Assembly (NCBI GenBank): GCA_963816395.1
Contig: CAWFKQ010000016.1
Coordinates: 288,001-352,000 of the forward strand
Direction of reading: 5' to 3'
Source: an uncultured delta proteobacterium
Lineage (GTDB): Bacteria > Desulfobacterota > Desulfuromonadia > Desulfuromonadales > JACZKF01
Length of the DNA stretch: 64,000 nucleotides
This document shows, in pieces, positions 43,740 through 53,903 of this stretch. The position numbers were made by a program, and so were the translations under genes. The first letter of the stretch is position 1, and each line of letters opens with the position of its first letter. The notes beneath the pieces were generated by a model. It had not been told where the DNA came from and searched no databases. It saw only the letters and a program-made list of their open reading frames with translations.

Positions 43740-44699
43740 GACCTCTTCGTTCTTCACGTTGAAGGTCTCGTGCTGATAGACCTCATTCAGGATTGCCGCG
43801 GCGCCCCGGATGAGCAGGTCGTCGGCGAGCGAGGCGCCGGCCAGCTCCGCTTCCGCTACCGGGTATTCCACGGTTTTTTTCAGCAGCCGGGTGCCGTCGA
43901 CGCTGGCCACCAGGCCGGTGAAGGCGAGGCGGTCGCCGTGCGTTTCGCCATAGGCGGCGATCGGCACCTGGCAGCCCCCTTCCAGTCGGCGCAGGAAGGC
44001 CCGTTCGGCCCGGACCGCCCAAGCCGTCGGCGGGTGGTTGAAGAAATCGATCAGGGCATTGGTCTCCGCATCGTCGAGGCGGCTCTCCAGCCCCAGGGCG
44101 CCCTGGCCGATGGCCGGCAGGGAAACGTCGGGGGGGAGGTATTCGCTGATCTGGCCGGCAAAGCCGAGCCGGTTCATGCCGGCGGCGGCCAGCACTACCG
44201 CATCCAGATCCTCGTCGGTCAACTTGCGGATGCGGGTCTCGACATTGCCGCGGATGTCGAGCATCTGGAAATCGGGGCGCAGGTGCAGCAGCTGTGCCTT
44301 GCGCCGCAGGCTGGAGGTGCCGATGCGGGCACCCTGGGGAAGCTCGCGGAAACTGGCGAAGCCCGGCTTGAGAATGACGATGTCGCGCGGGTCTTCCCGC
44401 TCGGTAATGCAGCGCAACCCCAGTTCCTCGGGGAATACCGTGGGCACGTCCTTCATCGAATGGACGGCGATATCGATCTCGCCGCGCAGCATCGCCTCCT
44501 CGATCTCCTTGACGAACAGGCCCTTGCCGCCGACCATGGCCAGCGGCACATCGAGGATCTTGTCCCCGGTGGTCTTGATCTTGGTCAGGGTGACTGCCAG
44601 CCCGGGGTGGCGCTTTTCCAGTTCGGACTTCACCCAGTTCGCCTGCCACAGGGCCAGCTGGCTGCCGCGGGTGCCGATACGGAGGGTTTCTTTGGCCAT
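43665..44699 (-). CDS. hemC: Hydroxymethylbilane synthase
   Basis: GTRGSQLAL, GLFVKE, VHSMKD, GTSSLRR, LEGGCQVP. Confidence 0.97.
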   Translation of the reverse strand: MAKETLRIGTRGSQLALWQANWVKSELEKRHPGLAVTLTKIKTTGDKILDVPLAMVGGKGLFVKEIEEAMLRGEIDIAVHSMKDVPTVFPEELGLRCITEREDPRDIVILKPGFASFRELPQGARIGTSSLRRKAQLLHLRPDFQMLDIRGNVETRIRKLTDEDLDAVVLAAAGMNRLGFAGQISEYLPPDVSLPAIGQGALGLESRLDDAETNALIDFFNHPPTAWAVRAERAFLRRLEGGCQVPIAAYGETHGDRLAFTGLVASVDGTRLLKKTVEYPVAEAELAGASLADDLLIRGAAAILNEVYQHETFNVKNEEVVGARHAVPSGNGNFVGARRAVPCW

Positions 44700-44721
44700 G
44701 GAATTTGGACTCCTTTATCGC

Positions 44722-46032
44722 TTATTCCGAATGCTCGTCCAGGGACTTCAATTCCCCGTCGGGACGGGGCGCTTCAAGGTCGAACAGGGTCCGCACGGTA
44801 TCGACGTAAATATCCCCGCCCGCCCCGTTCTGCGCCTGCTTCAGGGTGGTAATCGGCTGGTGCAGAACCTTGTTGATGATAGCCGTGCTCATCGCCTCGA
44901 TGGCCTTGCGCTCCCTGGCCCCGAGGTCCTTGAGGGTGGAGAAGGTTTTTTCCAGTTCACCGCGGCGGATCTCCTCCAGGCGGGTGCGCAGGGAGACAAT
45001 GGTGGGCACCACCTCCAGGCTGCCCAGCCAGCGATAGAACTGGCCGATTTCCTGGTCGATAATCCCCTCGGCTTTTTTCGCCTCCTTCTGTCGTTCCTTG
45101 AGGTTGGCCTGAACAACCCCCTGCAGGTCGTCGACATCGTAGAGGTAGACGTTGGACAGGTCGTTCACTTTCGGATCGATGTCGCGCGGCACGGCGATGT
45201 CGATGAAGAACATCGGCTTGTACTTGCGCTGACGCAGCACCTCCTCCACCTTCTTCGGGCCGAGGATGAAGGTGGGGGCGCCGGTGGAAGTGAGCACGAT
45301 GTCCACCTGGTGCAGGTGGAAGGGAAAATCGTCGAAGGAGACAGCCCGTCCCTTGAACTCCTCGGCCAGCTTCACCGCGCGTTCGAAAGTGCGGTTGGTC
45401 ACCAGAACGGAGGAAACACCATTGTTGAGGAAGTGACGGGCTGCCAGTTCGCACATCTCGCCGGCGCCGATCAGCATGACGCTCTTGCCGTCGAGGGTGC
45501 CGAAGATTTTGCGCGCCAGTTCTACGGCGGCAAAGGAGACCGATACCGCGTTGCTGGCGATCTCGGTTTCCGTGCGCACCTTCTTGGCCACCGAGAAGGC
45601 CTTATGCAGAAAACGGTTAAGGATCAGGCCGACCGTCTTGAATTCGGTGGCATAGCCGTAGGCGGTCTTGATCTGTCCCAGGATCTGCGGTTCGCCAATG
45701 ACCATCGAATCGAGGCTGGCGGCGACCCGGAAGACGTGGCGGATGGCCTCTTCCCCCTCGTATTCGTAAAGGTGCGTTTCCAGAACCTCCTGGGGGATGC
45801 CGTGGAAAGTGGCGAGGAAATGCCGCAACTGCACCTTGCACATCTCGGCATCGCGGCTGGTGGCGTAGAATTCAACCCGATTGCAGGTGGAGACGATCAT
45901 CCCCTCGATGACTGCCGGCAGGGAAGTCAACCCCTTCAGAGGCCTTTCCATGGCGGTAGGGGAAAAGGCTACCTTTTCGCGTATCTCAACGGGGGCTGTC
46001 TTGTGGCTCAGACCCACAACGATGATGGTCAT
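44722..46032 (-). CDS. hemA: Glutamyl-tRNA reductase
   Basis: [34 protein letters not shown]. Confidence 0.97.
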   Translation of the reverse strand: MTIIVVGLSHKTAPVEIREKVAFSPTAMERPLKGLTSLPAVIEGMIVSTCNRVEFYATSRDAEMCKVQLRHFLATFHGIPQEVLETHLYEYEGEEAIRHVFRVAASLDSMVIGEPQILGQIKTAYGYATEFKTVGLILNRFLHKAFSVAKKVRTETEIASNAVSVSFAAVELARKIFGTLDGKSVMLIGAGEMCELAARHFLNNGVSSVLVTNRTFERAVKLAEEFKGRAVSFDDFPFHLHQVDIVLTSTGAPTFILGPKKVEEVLRQRKYKPMFFIDIAVPRDIDPKVNDLSNVYLYDVDDLQGVVQANLKERQKEAKKAEGIIDQEIGQFYRWLGSLEVVPTIVSLRTRLEEIRRGELEKTFSTLKDLGARERKAIEAMSTAIINKVLHQPITTLKQAQNGAGGDIYVDTVRTLFDLEAPRPDGELKSLDEHSE

Positions 46033-46053
46033 AGGCAAAGGTCCTTCCGCCGG

Positions 46054-46888
46054 CTACCGGCCATGCAGGGACCGGAAGCTGTGTTCACCGGAGAGCAGCA
46101 GGTTGACGCCGAGGAAAGTGAACAGGAGGCAGAGAAAGCCGATGATGGCGAAGATGGCTGCCCGCCGGCCGCGCCAGCCGACGGTCAGCCGGCCGTGCAG
46201 CAAGGCGGCATAGAAGAACCAGGTGATCAGCGCCCAGGTCTCCTTGGGGTCCCAGCTCCAGTAGCCGCCCCAGGCGGAATTGGCCCAGACCGCGCCGGTA
46301 ATGATCCCCATGGTCATCAGGGGAAAGCCGAAGGTCAGGCACTTGTAGTTGATGCTGTCGAGGGTTTCCAGGGACGGCAGGCGGTAGTAAAGGGCGGAGA
46401 ACGACTTGCTCTTCAGCATGCGCTCCTGCAGCAGATACATGATTCCGGCAATAAAGGCGACGGCGAACACGGCATCGCCGAGAAATGCCAGGGAGACGTG
46501 CACCGGGAACCACCAGCTCTGCAGGGCCGGATTGACCGCCTGTGACGGTCTGGGGAACGGCGCTGCCGAGAAGCATCAGCGCCAGGGCCAGCGGGCAGAC
46601 GAAGGCGCCGAGGACGTTCAGGCGGTAGCGCAGGTCGAAGAGAAGGAAAATACCGACGATGGCCCAGGCGAAAAAAGAGAGAGATTCGTAAAGATTGGTC
46701 ACCGGCGTATGGCCGACGGCGAAATAACGGGTGACCAGGACGGCGCAGTGCAGGACGAAGCCGCCGGTCAGCAGCCAGCGCGCGATTTTCCCCGCCTGCT
46801 CGCGGCGGGCGATGACATCAGTAAAGTAAAATGCAGTGGCGGCGAAATAGACCAGGAGAGTAATTTTGAAGAGCAGAAAATTGATCAT
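46054..46888 (-). CDS. ccsA: Cytochrome c biogenesis protein CcsA/ResC-like (frameshift near 46540)
   Basis: WWD domain [19 protein letters not shown]-terminal half in ORF 46085-46888. Confidence 0.88.
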
Positions 46889-47547
46889 GTCTCCTCTTTG
46901 GGAAGGCGAACTCCAAGAGCCGCAAGGGAGCAGTCCTTGCCGGCAAGAGTCTCCAGCAGCCGGTCAATGCGGGCGGCAGAGCCGCCGGCGATCAGGGAAG
47001 GGAGGTCACCCTCCAGAAGCTGGTGCAAAATCCATGAATTATATTCAACTTCCGGCTGGCGTGTCAATTTCTTTTGCCGCAGGGCGGCGGCGATTTCAAC
47101 CACCGTCGCCCACTCGGGGCCGAGCACGCGGGACAGTCGGTCGCGCACCAGGGCCGCCAGGGCGGGACTGTTCCCGGTGGTAGAAACGGCGACCGTAAGT
47201 GCGCCCCGCTGCAGCAGCGCCGGAAGAGAAAAATCACCCGCTTCCGGGGCGTCGGCCACGTTTACCGGAATGCCGGCCGCCCGGGCGTCGGCGGCAACGG
47301 CGGTATTCACCTGCCGGTCGCCGGCAGCGGCGAAGGCGAGGGAAGCCCCGGATAGATCGCCCTGGCGATAGGCACGGTTAATGACTTCGATCCCTGGGAG
47401 TTCCTGCCGGTTCACCGCCGGGTCGATCAGGCGCACCCGGGCACCCGCCTGGTGCAGGGCGCGCGCCTTGCGGATTCCCACCGGGCCGCCGCCGACGACC
47501 AGGCACAGGCGCCCCTGCAGATGAAAGACGATCGGAAATCCAGACAT
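46885..47547 (-). CDS. Precorrin-2 dehydrogenase / sirohydrochlorin ferrochelatase (SirC / CysG N-terminal)
   Basis: VVGGGPVG, VNVADAP, VSTTGNSP. Confidence 0.92.
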   Translation of the reverse strand: MSGFPIVFHLQGRLCLVVGGGPVGIRKARALHQAGARVRLIDPAVNRQELPGIEVINRAYRQGDLSGASLAFAAAGDRQVNTAVAADARAAGIPVNVADAPEAGDFSLPALLQRGALTVAVSTTGNSPALAALVRDRLSRVLGPEWATVVEIAAALRQKKLTRQPEVEYNSWILHQLLEGDLPSLIAGGSAARIDRLLETLAGKDCSLAALGVRLPKEET

Positions 47548-47564
47548 TCCAACGCCCCCCAGGT

Positions 47565-48137
47565 TCAAGTGCCGAAGAGTTCCCCTTCGATCATCTCACA
47601 AAGCAGATGGCCGAAGAAAAGTGCGCCCTCGATGGCGCGCGGCACCGAAATGGTGTCCAGGCGGAAAAGAAAATCGGGGGATTCGCCAACCGTTTCCTCA
47701 GGCCCGGGTCGCAGAACGGCGGTGAGGCAGCCCGCCTGGCGGCTAACCGTCAGCCCCTCTTCGAGGGCCTCTTCGCGGTGAAAACCAGCCAAGGCGAGGA
47801 CGATGTCTTCCGGGGTGGCGACTACCCGCAACTGGCGGGCGAAGAACTGGCGTCCCTGGCCGTCCCGCTCCAGGGCGGTAGCCAGGGTAATGTCGTGACA
47901 GAGGGAAAGTACGGGCAGAGGCGGCCTTTCCAGGGCCAGTCGATGCATAAACTGGTTCGCCACCAGGTTGGCGACGGCGCCCAGGGAACCGTTGCCGAGC
48001 AGCAGGAGCCGTCCTCCCTGCTGGAAGGATTCGGCCACTCGGCCGGCAAAGCCGGCTATCGCTTCCTCCTGAACGTTGAAATTCTCGAGAGAGGAGTTCT
48101 GTTCCCGTACTGCACGGGCAATTTTATCGGACAACAT
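47565..48137 (-). CDS. SIS-domain protein (GmhA/DiaA-like, degenerate)
   Basis: GGRLLLLGNG, ERPPLP, FARQL, HLLCEMIE. Confidence 0.8.
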   Translation of the reverse strand: MLSDKIARAVREQNSSLENFNVQEEAIAGFAGRVAESFQQGGRLLLLGNGSLGAVANLVANQFMHRLALERPPLPVLSLCHDITLATALERDGQGRQFFARQLRVVATPEDIVLALAGFHREEALEEGLTVSRQAGCLTAVLRPGPEETVGESPDFLFRLDTISVPRAIEGALFFGHLLCEMIEGELFGT

Positions 48138-48379
48138 ACCGTCAATCCCCATTTCAAGACCCGAGAAGGATAGGGTGCCGCCTGTCGCCCTGTCAAGAAG
48201 AACTCATGTTGTGACCATCGCCGAAAAATTCTTTTTTTCAACACCGAAATCAATCGTTGCCACCTGGGGCCTTCGGCTCGGGATGAATTAACGCCTTGAT
48301 TTTTTTAGAGGGTGCTTTATGATTAACGGAAATAATCTCGCGGAATTTTCAATTAACATACCCCCGAGGAGAACCGACA

Positions 48380-48709
48380 ATGGCGAGCGATAAGGTCCTG
48401 CAGCTTTCGGACGATAGCTTCGAGCGGGAAGTGCTGAAGTCCTCCACCCCCGTTCTGGTCGATTTCTGGGCTTCCTGGTGTGCCCCCTGTAAGGCGATCA
48501 GTCCGGTGGTGGATGCCCTGGCCGACGATTATGACGGCAAGGTGAAGATCGGCAAGCTCAATGTCGACGAAAACCCGGCCACGCCCGGCCAGTACGGGGT
48601 GCGCGGTATCCCGACGCTGATCCTGTTCAAAGATGGCAAGGTGGTGGATCAGGTGGTCGGCGCCGTTCCCAAGAACCAGCTTGAGGGACTGATTAAAAAA
48701 GCGCTCTGA
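48380..48709 (+). CDS. trxA: Thioredoxin
   Basis: VDFWASWCAPC, GIPTL. Confidence 0.97.
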   Translation: MASDKVLQLSDDSFEREVLKSSTPVLVDFWASWCAPCKAISPVVDALADDYDGKVKIGKLNVDENPATPGQYGVRGIPTLILFKDGKVVDQVVGAVPKNQLEGLIKKAL

Positions 48710-48724
48710 CTCTCCGCCAGCAAT

Positions 48725-48777
48725 GGCAGAAAGAAAAAGGACCCGGCCGGAGATGGCGGGTCCTTTTTCTTTCTGCC
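48725..48777. terminator. Bidirectional terminator between convergent genes
   Basis: 21-bp perfect IR GGCAGAAAGAAAAAGGACCCG / CGGGTCCTTTTTCTTTCTGCC. Confidence 0.85.
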
Positions 48778-48780
48778 GAC

Positions 48781-49353
48781 TCAGCGGCCAGCCGGCGGCC
48801 CCACCGGTGTTCCCGGCGGCGACCCGGGCGGCGGCTCGACCGGCGCTCCCGGTGGCGTTTCGACCGCTGATTCGATGGGTGCCAACTCCTGTTCCACCGC
48901 CTCCTGCTCCTCCGGGGTGAGGGAAGATTGGGCCAACCGGTCGCGGAAATCCTCGATTCTCTGGCGGAGCTGCTGGAGGCGGTCTTCCGCCTGCTGCACG
49001 GTTTCCGGCGGCAGGTTGGGAGAAGTCCGGGCCTCAGCCTGCTGATAGCTCCGGGTCAACTGGCGGGCTTCCGTCCGCCATTGCGCCACGGGCGAAGCCT
49101 GGGTGCTGCCGGCGGTTCCCGCCGGCGGCGGGGGAGTTTCCTGGCTTCCCGGCGGCGGTGGTTCGGCCCTTTTCCCGGGCGGGACGCTGGTTTCCTTGCG
49201 CAGGATCTGGACTTCCTCCGCCTGGCAACCGGGAGGGAAATTCTCCAGGTCATCGGTGAGAAAGAGGTTGCCCTTGGCATCCCGGCACTGATAGATGGTC
49301 GCCTGGGCCGGACCGGAAACCAGGAAGAGCAGCAGAATGGCTGTCCAGATCAT
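48781..49353 (-). CDS. Secreted DUF4124-like protein
   Basis: Signal peptide, IYQCRDAKGNLFLTDD, Pro-rich linker, coiled coil. Confidence 0.75.
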   Translation of the reverse strand: MIWTAILLLFLVSGPAQATIYQCRDAKGNLFLTDDLENFPPGCQAEEVQILRKETSVPPGKRAEPPPPGSQETPPPPAGTAGSTQASPVAQWRTEARQLTRSYQQAEARTSPNLPPETVQQAEDRLQQLRQRIEDFRDRLAQSSLTPEEQEAVEQELAPIESAVETPPGAPVEPPPGSPPGTPVGPPAGR

Positions 49354-49456
49354 CTCACTCCTCCGCTGAATAGGTATGGAGCGGATCTCTCTTCGTACAA
49401 TAGCAGGGGGGGAGGAAAGTGCAAGGCGGGGGAACCCCGGGTTGACGGCAGTCTGC

Positions 49457-49966
49457 CTACTCCGGGCCTGGCGCTTTTTCCCTGGCCGCGCGCAGCAGCC
49501 GGAAAATCTCCCGGGCTGACTGCCGGTCGTTGCCGGCTTGCACCGCTTCGGCCAGGCGGCTGAGGCGGCCCGTATCCAGATCCGGCAGACAGACTGAGAT
49601 CTCCTGCAGCGCCCGGGCACATTCGGCCGGGCGGCAGAGCCGGTCCCGCCATTCCTCCAGCCGATGGAAATCTTCCTGCTCCTGGTGGTGTCGGCGGTCG
49701 AAACCGCCAAGAAATTCACTCAGGTAGGTCAGTTCCTCCGGGTGGCGACGCAGCAGAGCGGCCAAGTGGCGGATCTGGCGATCGCGGGAGCTGTGTCCCC
49801 GGGTAGCTCGGGCGAGCAGGGTCTCCCGGCGAAGGTCCTGGTCGATCGACATTTTCCTTATGGCCGCTTCCGGCAGCGCGACCAACGACCGGGCCAGATC
49901 TTCCACAGCCTTGGCATCGCGCTTGCGCGCCGAGCGGCTCGGCGTCGTTAACTGGTCTTCTGTCAT
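49457..49966 (-). CDS. yjgA: Ribosome biogenesis factor YjgA (DUF615)
   Basis: PSRSARKR, RQIRHL, FHRLEEWRDRL, REIFRLL. Confidence 0.88.
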   Translation of the reverse strand: MTEDQLTTPSRSARKRDAKAVEDLARSLVALPEAAIRKMSIDQDLRRETLLARATRGHSSRDRQIRHLAALLRRHPEELTYLSEFLGGFDRRHHQEQEDFHRLEEWRDRLCRPAECARALQEISVCLPDLDTGRLSRLAEAVQAGNDRQSAREIFRLLRAAREKAPGPE

Positions 49967-50415
49967 CAAAGTTCCTTTCGGCTGTCGAGCAGCATGGTTA
50001 CCGGCCCCTGGTTGACCAGCCGCACTTCCATCATCGCCTGGAAAATGCCGGTGGCTACCGTCAGGCCGAGTTCGCGCAGCCGTGCCACATAGGTCTCGTA
50101 AAGGCTGGCGGCCTCGGCCGGGGGAGCCGCCCGGGTGAAGCTGGGACGGCGTCCCTGGCGGCAGTCGGCCAGAAGGGTGAACTGGGAAACCACCAGGACC
50201 TCGCCACCGGTTTCGGTGAGCGAAAGATTCATTCTCCCGTCGGCATCCTCAAAAATCCGCAGCCGCGCGGTTTTCTCCGCCAGGTAGCGGGCGTCCTCCT
50301 CACCGTCGCCGGCCGCCACCCCCAGCAGGATCAGCAGCCCGGCGCCGATCTCTCCGACGCTCCGTCCATCGACAGTCACCCCGGCGGCGGAAACCCGCTG
50401 CAGCACCGCGCGCAT
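49966..50415 (-). CDS. dtd: D-aminoacyl-tRNA deacylase
   Basis: [19 protein letters not shown]. Confidence 0.97.
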   Translation of the reverse strand: MRAVLQRVSAAGVTVDGRSVGEIGAGLLILLGVAAGDGEEDARYLAEKTARLRIFEDADGRMNLSLTETGGEVLVVSQFTLLADCRQGRRPSFTRAAPPAEAASLYETYVARLRELGLTVATGIFQAMMEVRLVNQGPVTMLLDSRKEL

Positions 50416-50419
50416 CCGG

Positions 50420-51277
50420 CTACTCCGCCGCCAGTTCGTGCAGGGTGGCGAGATTCATCCGGTCGCAGGCATCATCCTCCCCCTTGGGTGTCTCGAGAAT
50501 CTTCGGGACGTTTCGCAGGCGGGAATCCCGCAGCAGGGCGCGGAAACCGGCACGGCCAATCGCTCCCCGGCCGATGTGCTCGTGGCGGTCGACCCGGGAG
50601 CCCAGGCCCTTCCGGGTGTCGTTGAGGTGAAAGGCACAGAGCCGGGAAAGTCCGATACGCCGGTCGAATTCCTCCATCACCGCCGCATATCCTTCGGCGC
50701 TGCCCAAATCGTAGCCGGCGGCGAAGGCGTGGCAGGTGTCGAAGCAGACGCCGAAGCGTCCCCCGGGAACTTTTTCCATGATCTCGGCCAGATGCTCGAA
50801 GCGGCCGCCGAGATAACTCCCCTGACCGGCGGTGTTCTCCAGCAGCACGGTGACCCCCGGCGGCGCCTCGGCGAACAGGCGGCGGAAGGCTTCGGCGATG
50901 CGCTCCAGGCCCACCGCTTCACCCTTGCCCAGGTGCGCGCCGGGATGCATCACCAGGAAGGGGATACCGAGGGCGGCGCAGCGCTGCATTTCATCGGCGA
51001 AGGCGGCCAGAGACTGGTGCCATACGTCCTGGTCAGGCGCCGCCAGGTTGATCAGGTAGCTGTCGTGAGCGAGCACCGGGCCGATCGGACTGGTTTTCCA
51101 GGCCAGGCGGAAAGCCGCGGTTTCCTCCCCCGTCAGTGCTTTCGCCTGCCAGCGATTGGCATTTTTGGTGAAGACCTGGATGGCGGTGCAGCCGAGCTTC
51201 TCTCCCCGGCCGAAGGCCAGGGACAGGCCGCCGGCGATGGACATGTGGGCGCCGATCGGCAGGGGCGAGTCTTTCAT
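50420..51277 (-). CDS. nfo: Endonuclease IV
   Basis: [36 protein letters not shown]. Confidence 0.96.
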   Translation of the reverse strand: MKDSPLPIGAHMSIAGGLSLAFGRGEKLGCTAIQVFTKNANRWQAKALTGEETAAFRLAWKTSPIGPVLAHDSYLINLAAPDQDVWHQSLAAFADEMQRCAALGIPFLVMHPGAHLGKGEAVGLERIAEAFRRLFAEAPPGVTVLLENTAGQGSYLGGRFEHLAEIMEKVPGGRFGVCFDTCHAFAAGYDLGSAEGYAAVMEEFDRRIGLSRLCAFHLNDTRKGLGSRVDRHEHIGRGAIGRAGFRALLRDSRLRNVPKILETPKGEDDACDRMNLATLHELAAE

Positions 51278-51940
51278 CCCCGCTCCCCCCAGGCAGCGGC
51301 CGCTTCGGTGGCGAACCAGAACTCGAGAGCCCGCGGCAGCCCGTCCAAAGTGGGGATATGAACATCGACGAAGGGAGGGGTTTCGCCTCCCCCGACCAGT
51401 ACCGTCCCCATGCCGAGTTCTTTAGCGGTCTGCAGGTTGGCCGCCGAATCCTCGACCATAAGGCATTTATCGCCCGGCAGGCACAGGTGCTCCATAACCT
51501 TGTGGTAGGGGGCGGCCATCGGCTTGGGAAGATAGGAGGCGACGCGGATATCGAAAACTTCCTCGAACAGGTCGTGCAGGCCGAGCACGCGCAGGACCCG
51601 GTCGGCATGCCCCCGCGAGCCGTTGGTAAAAACCACCCGGCGCAGGGGGGAGGCTTTCGATCATCCGCCGCAGCGCGGCGTCGTTCTGGAGGCGGCCGGC
51701 GACATCGACGTCATGAACGTATTCCAGATAGTCCTCCGGATCGACCGACCAGTGGCGGATCAGTCCCCCCAGGGTCACCCCGTAATCGGCCCAGTAACGC
51801 CGCCGCAGCCCGTCCACTTCACCGGCCGGAATCCCCACCACCTCGCACATGTAGCGGTTGATCCGCTTGTCGATTAGGGAGAAGAGCTCCCGCTCCGGCG
51901 GGTAGAGGGTGTTGTCGAGATCGAAAATGATAGCTTGCAT
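51274..51940 (-). CDS. HAD pyrimidine 5'-nucleotidase (frameshift near 51645)
   Basis: FDLDNTLY; VFTNG, KP, VEDS...NL in the second frame; shift at a G6 run. Confidence 0.88.
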
Positions 51941-51943
51941 CAG

Positions 51944-52063
51944 AAATTTCGAATTTTGAATGTTGAATTTTGAATTATAACCATCATAGGTACCATCATC
52001 TGAATTCCGTGGGGTTGGGTTTTTGCCTCAATTTAAAATTAAGAATTCAAAATTCAAAATTCC
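51944..52063. repeat. TTTTGAA/TTCAAAA heptamer-armed palindrome (dapF/nucleotidase junction)
   Basis: Same arms as 30080-30196 with a different core. Confidence 0.9.
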
Positions 52064-52067
52064 GCAT

Positions 52068-52907
52068 TTACTGCGGATCGTACTCCCCCTCGAAGACCTG
52101 CACCGCCGGGCCGGTCATAAAGACGTGCCCGTCCTCCGCCCATTCCATTTCCAGATCTCCGCCCGGCAGGTGATTGAGCAGCAGGCGACCGGTGCGGCCG
52201 TTCAGCACGCCGGCGACGGTCACCGCGGCCGCGCCGGTGCCGCAGGCAAGGGTCTCGCCCGCTCCGCGCTCCCAAGTGCGCTGCCGAACTTCAGCCGGGG
52301 AGATCACTTCGACGAATTCGACGTTGGTGCGGTTGGGGAAAAATGGATGGCGCTCAAGCGCCGGCCCGTACTTCTCCACCGGGAATTCGCCGACGTTGTC
52401 GACGAAGACGACGCAGTGAGGGTTGCCCATGGACAGGCAGGTGAGATGAAAAGTGCGATCGAGAATATTCACCGCCGCCGCGACCGTCTGCTCGTCGGGG
52501 GGGCCGGTCATGGGGATTTCCCCCCGGGTCAGGCGGGGCTTGCCCATGTTCACCCGCACCTTCTCGACCCGGTTGCCGGCGTTGACCTGCAGTTGCAGGG
52601 TGAGGACGCCGGCGCCGGTCTCCACGGCGATTTCCCGCCCAGCCACCAGCCCGTGCTCATAGGCGTACTTGGCGACGCAGCGTACGCCATTGCCGCACAT
52701 CTCCGCCTCGCTGCCGTCGGCGTTGAACATCCGCATGCGCACCGCCGCCACTTTCGAGGGAAGGATGAGTATCAGGCCGTCGGAGCCGACGCCGAAATGG
52801 CGGTCGCTCAGCGCTGCCGCCAGACCTGAGGGATCCTCCACCGGCTGATCGAAGCCGTTGATGTAGACGTAATCGTTGCCTGCCCCATGCATCTTGACGA
52901 ATTTCAT
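52068..52907 (-). CDS. dapF: Diaminopimelate epimerase
   Basis: [32 protein letters not shown]. Confidence 0.98.
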   Translation of the reverse strand: MKFVKMHGAGNDYVYINGFDQPVEDPSGLAAALSDRHFGVGSDGLILILPSKVAAVRMRMFNADGSEAEMCGNGVRCVAKYAYEHGLVAGREIAVETGAGVLTLQLQVNAGNRVEKVRVNMGKPRLTRGEIPMTGPPDEQTVAAAVNILDRTFHLTCLSMGNPHCVVFVDNVGEFPVEKYGPALERHPFFPNRTNVEFVEVISPAEVRQRTWERGAGETLACGTGAAAVTVAGVLNGRTGRLLLNHLPGGDLEMEWAEDGHVFMTGPAVQVFEGEYDPQ

Positions 52908-52990
52908 TTCGGCGCTCCTTTCCGGCCGCTGGCAGCGCCGGTTTCACAGTATAGACGAAATCCGCCACCGCTCACAAGGCCTCCGGGGAG

Positions 52991-53019
52991 TTGACCGGAA
53001 ACCATTCCTTACGTATCAT
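52991..53019 (+). promoter_or_regulatory. Sigma70-like promoter
   Basis: TTGACC-17-TATCAT upstream of SD AAGGAG. Confidence 0.55.
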
Positions 53020-53051
53020 GAACAGACCATAATCGGAAGGAGCAAGCCGTC

Positions 53052-53279
53052 ATGGCTTTTGATCTGAAAACCAAGCTTTGGCAGACCGGGGCCCTGGAAT
53101 GGTGGGGCTTCATTGACAACGAGGACGTGTTTCTCGGCAGCCGGGAGTTCCCCCTGCCGCCGGAGGAGGGGGATGAATGGACCGTGCGGGCCACCGGCGA
53201 GCGGTTCCGGATCATCGCCGGGGAGGTGCGGCGAATCGGTCGCGACGAGTCGCCGAAAGAACCATGGGAGAGCTGGTGA
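53052..53279 (+). CDS. Small Trp-rich hypothetical protein (75 aa)
   Basis: SD AAGGAG; TGATG overlap with the next gene. Confidence 0.75.
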   Translation: MAFDLKTKLWQTGALEWWGFIDNEDVFLGSREFPLPPEEGDEWTVRATGERFRIIAGEVRRIGRDESPKEPWESW

Positions 53280-53893
53280 TGGCCCTGGAGATCGTGCAGA
53301 TCCGGGCCGGGGAGATGGACAACTTCTCCTACCTGATCTTCTGTCCGGCGACCCGCCGGGGAATTGGCGTCGATCCCTCACTGGCGCCGGAGAATCTGCT
53401 GGCCGTCGCCCGGGAGCGGGGGATCGCGCTTGAGGTGCTGGTTAACACCCACGGCCACCGCGATCACACCGCCGGCAACCAGAGGATCATCCGGGAAACC
53501 GGCGCCCGGCTGGCCGGTCATCCGGACGATATCCCCGCTGCCGACCTGCCTTTGGGCGAAGGCAGCGTTTTGCCCGTCGGCGAAGGGCAGGTGGAAATTC
53601 TCCATACTCCCGGCCACACCCCTGGCTCGCTCACCCTGCATGCGCCCGGGAGCCTGATCACCGGCGACACCCTGTTCGTCACCTTCGTCGGCCGCGCCGA
53701 CCTGGCCGGCAGCGATCCGGCCGCCCTCTACCGCAGCCTGCGACGGCTGGCCGCGTTCCCGCCGGAGACCCGCATCTACCCCGGCCACGATTATGGCCCG
53801 CAGCCCGTCTCCACCGTGGGTTTCGAGCGGGAGCACAATCCCTACCTGCAATGTCCTGATCTGGAAAGTTTTCTGCGCCTGCGCCTGGGTTGA
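53279..53893 (+). CDS. MBL-fold metallohydrolase (glyoxalase II-like)
   Basis: THGHRDH, HTPGHTPG, TGDTLF, PGHDY. Confidence 0.92.
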   Translation: MALEIVQIRAGEMDNFSYLIFCPATRRGIGVDPSLAPENLLAVARERGIALEVLVNTHGHRDHTAGNQRIIRETGARLAGHPDDIPAADLPLGEGSVLPVGEGQVEILHTPGHTPGSLTLHAPGSLITGDTLFVTFVGRADLAGSDPAALYRSLRRLAAFPPETRIYPGHDYGPQPVSTVGFEREHNPYLQCPDLESFLRLRLG

Positions 53894-53903
53894 GGCGAAC
53901 GTC

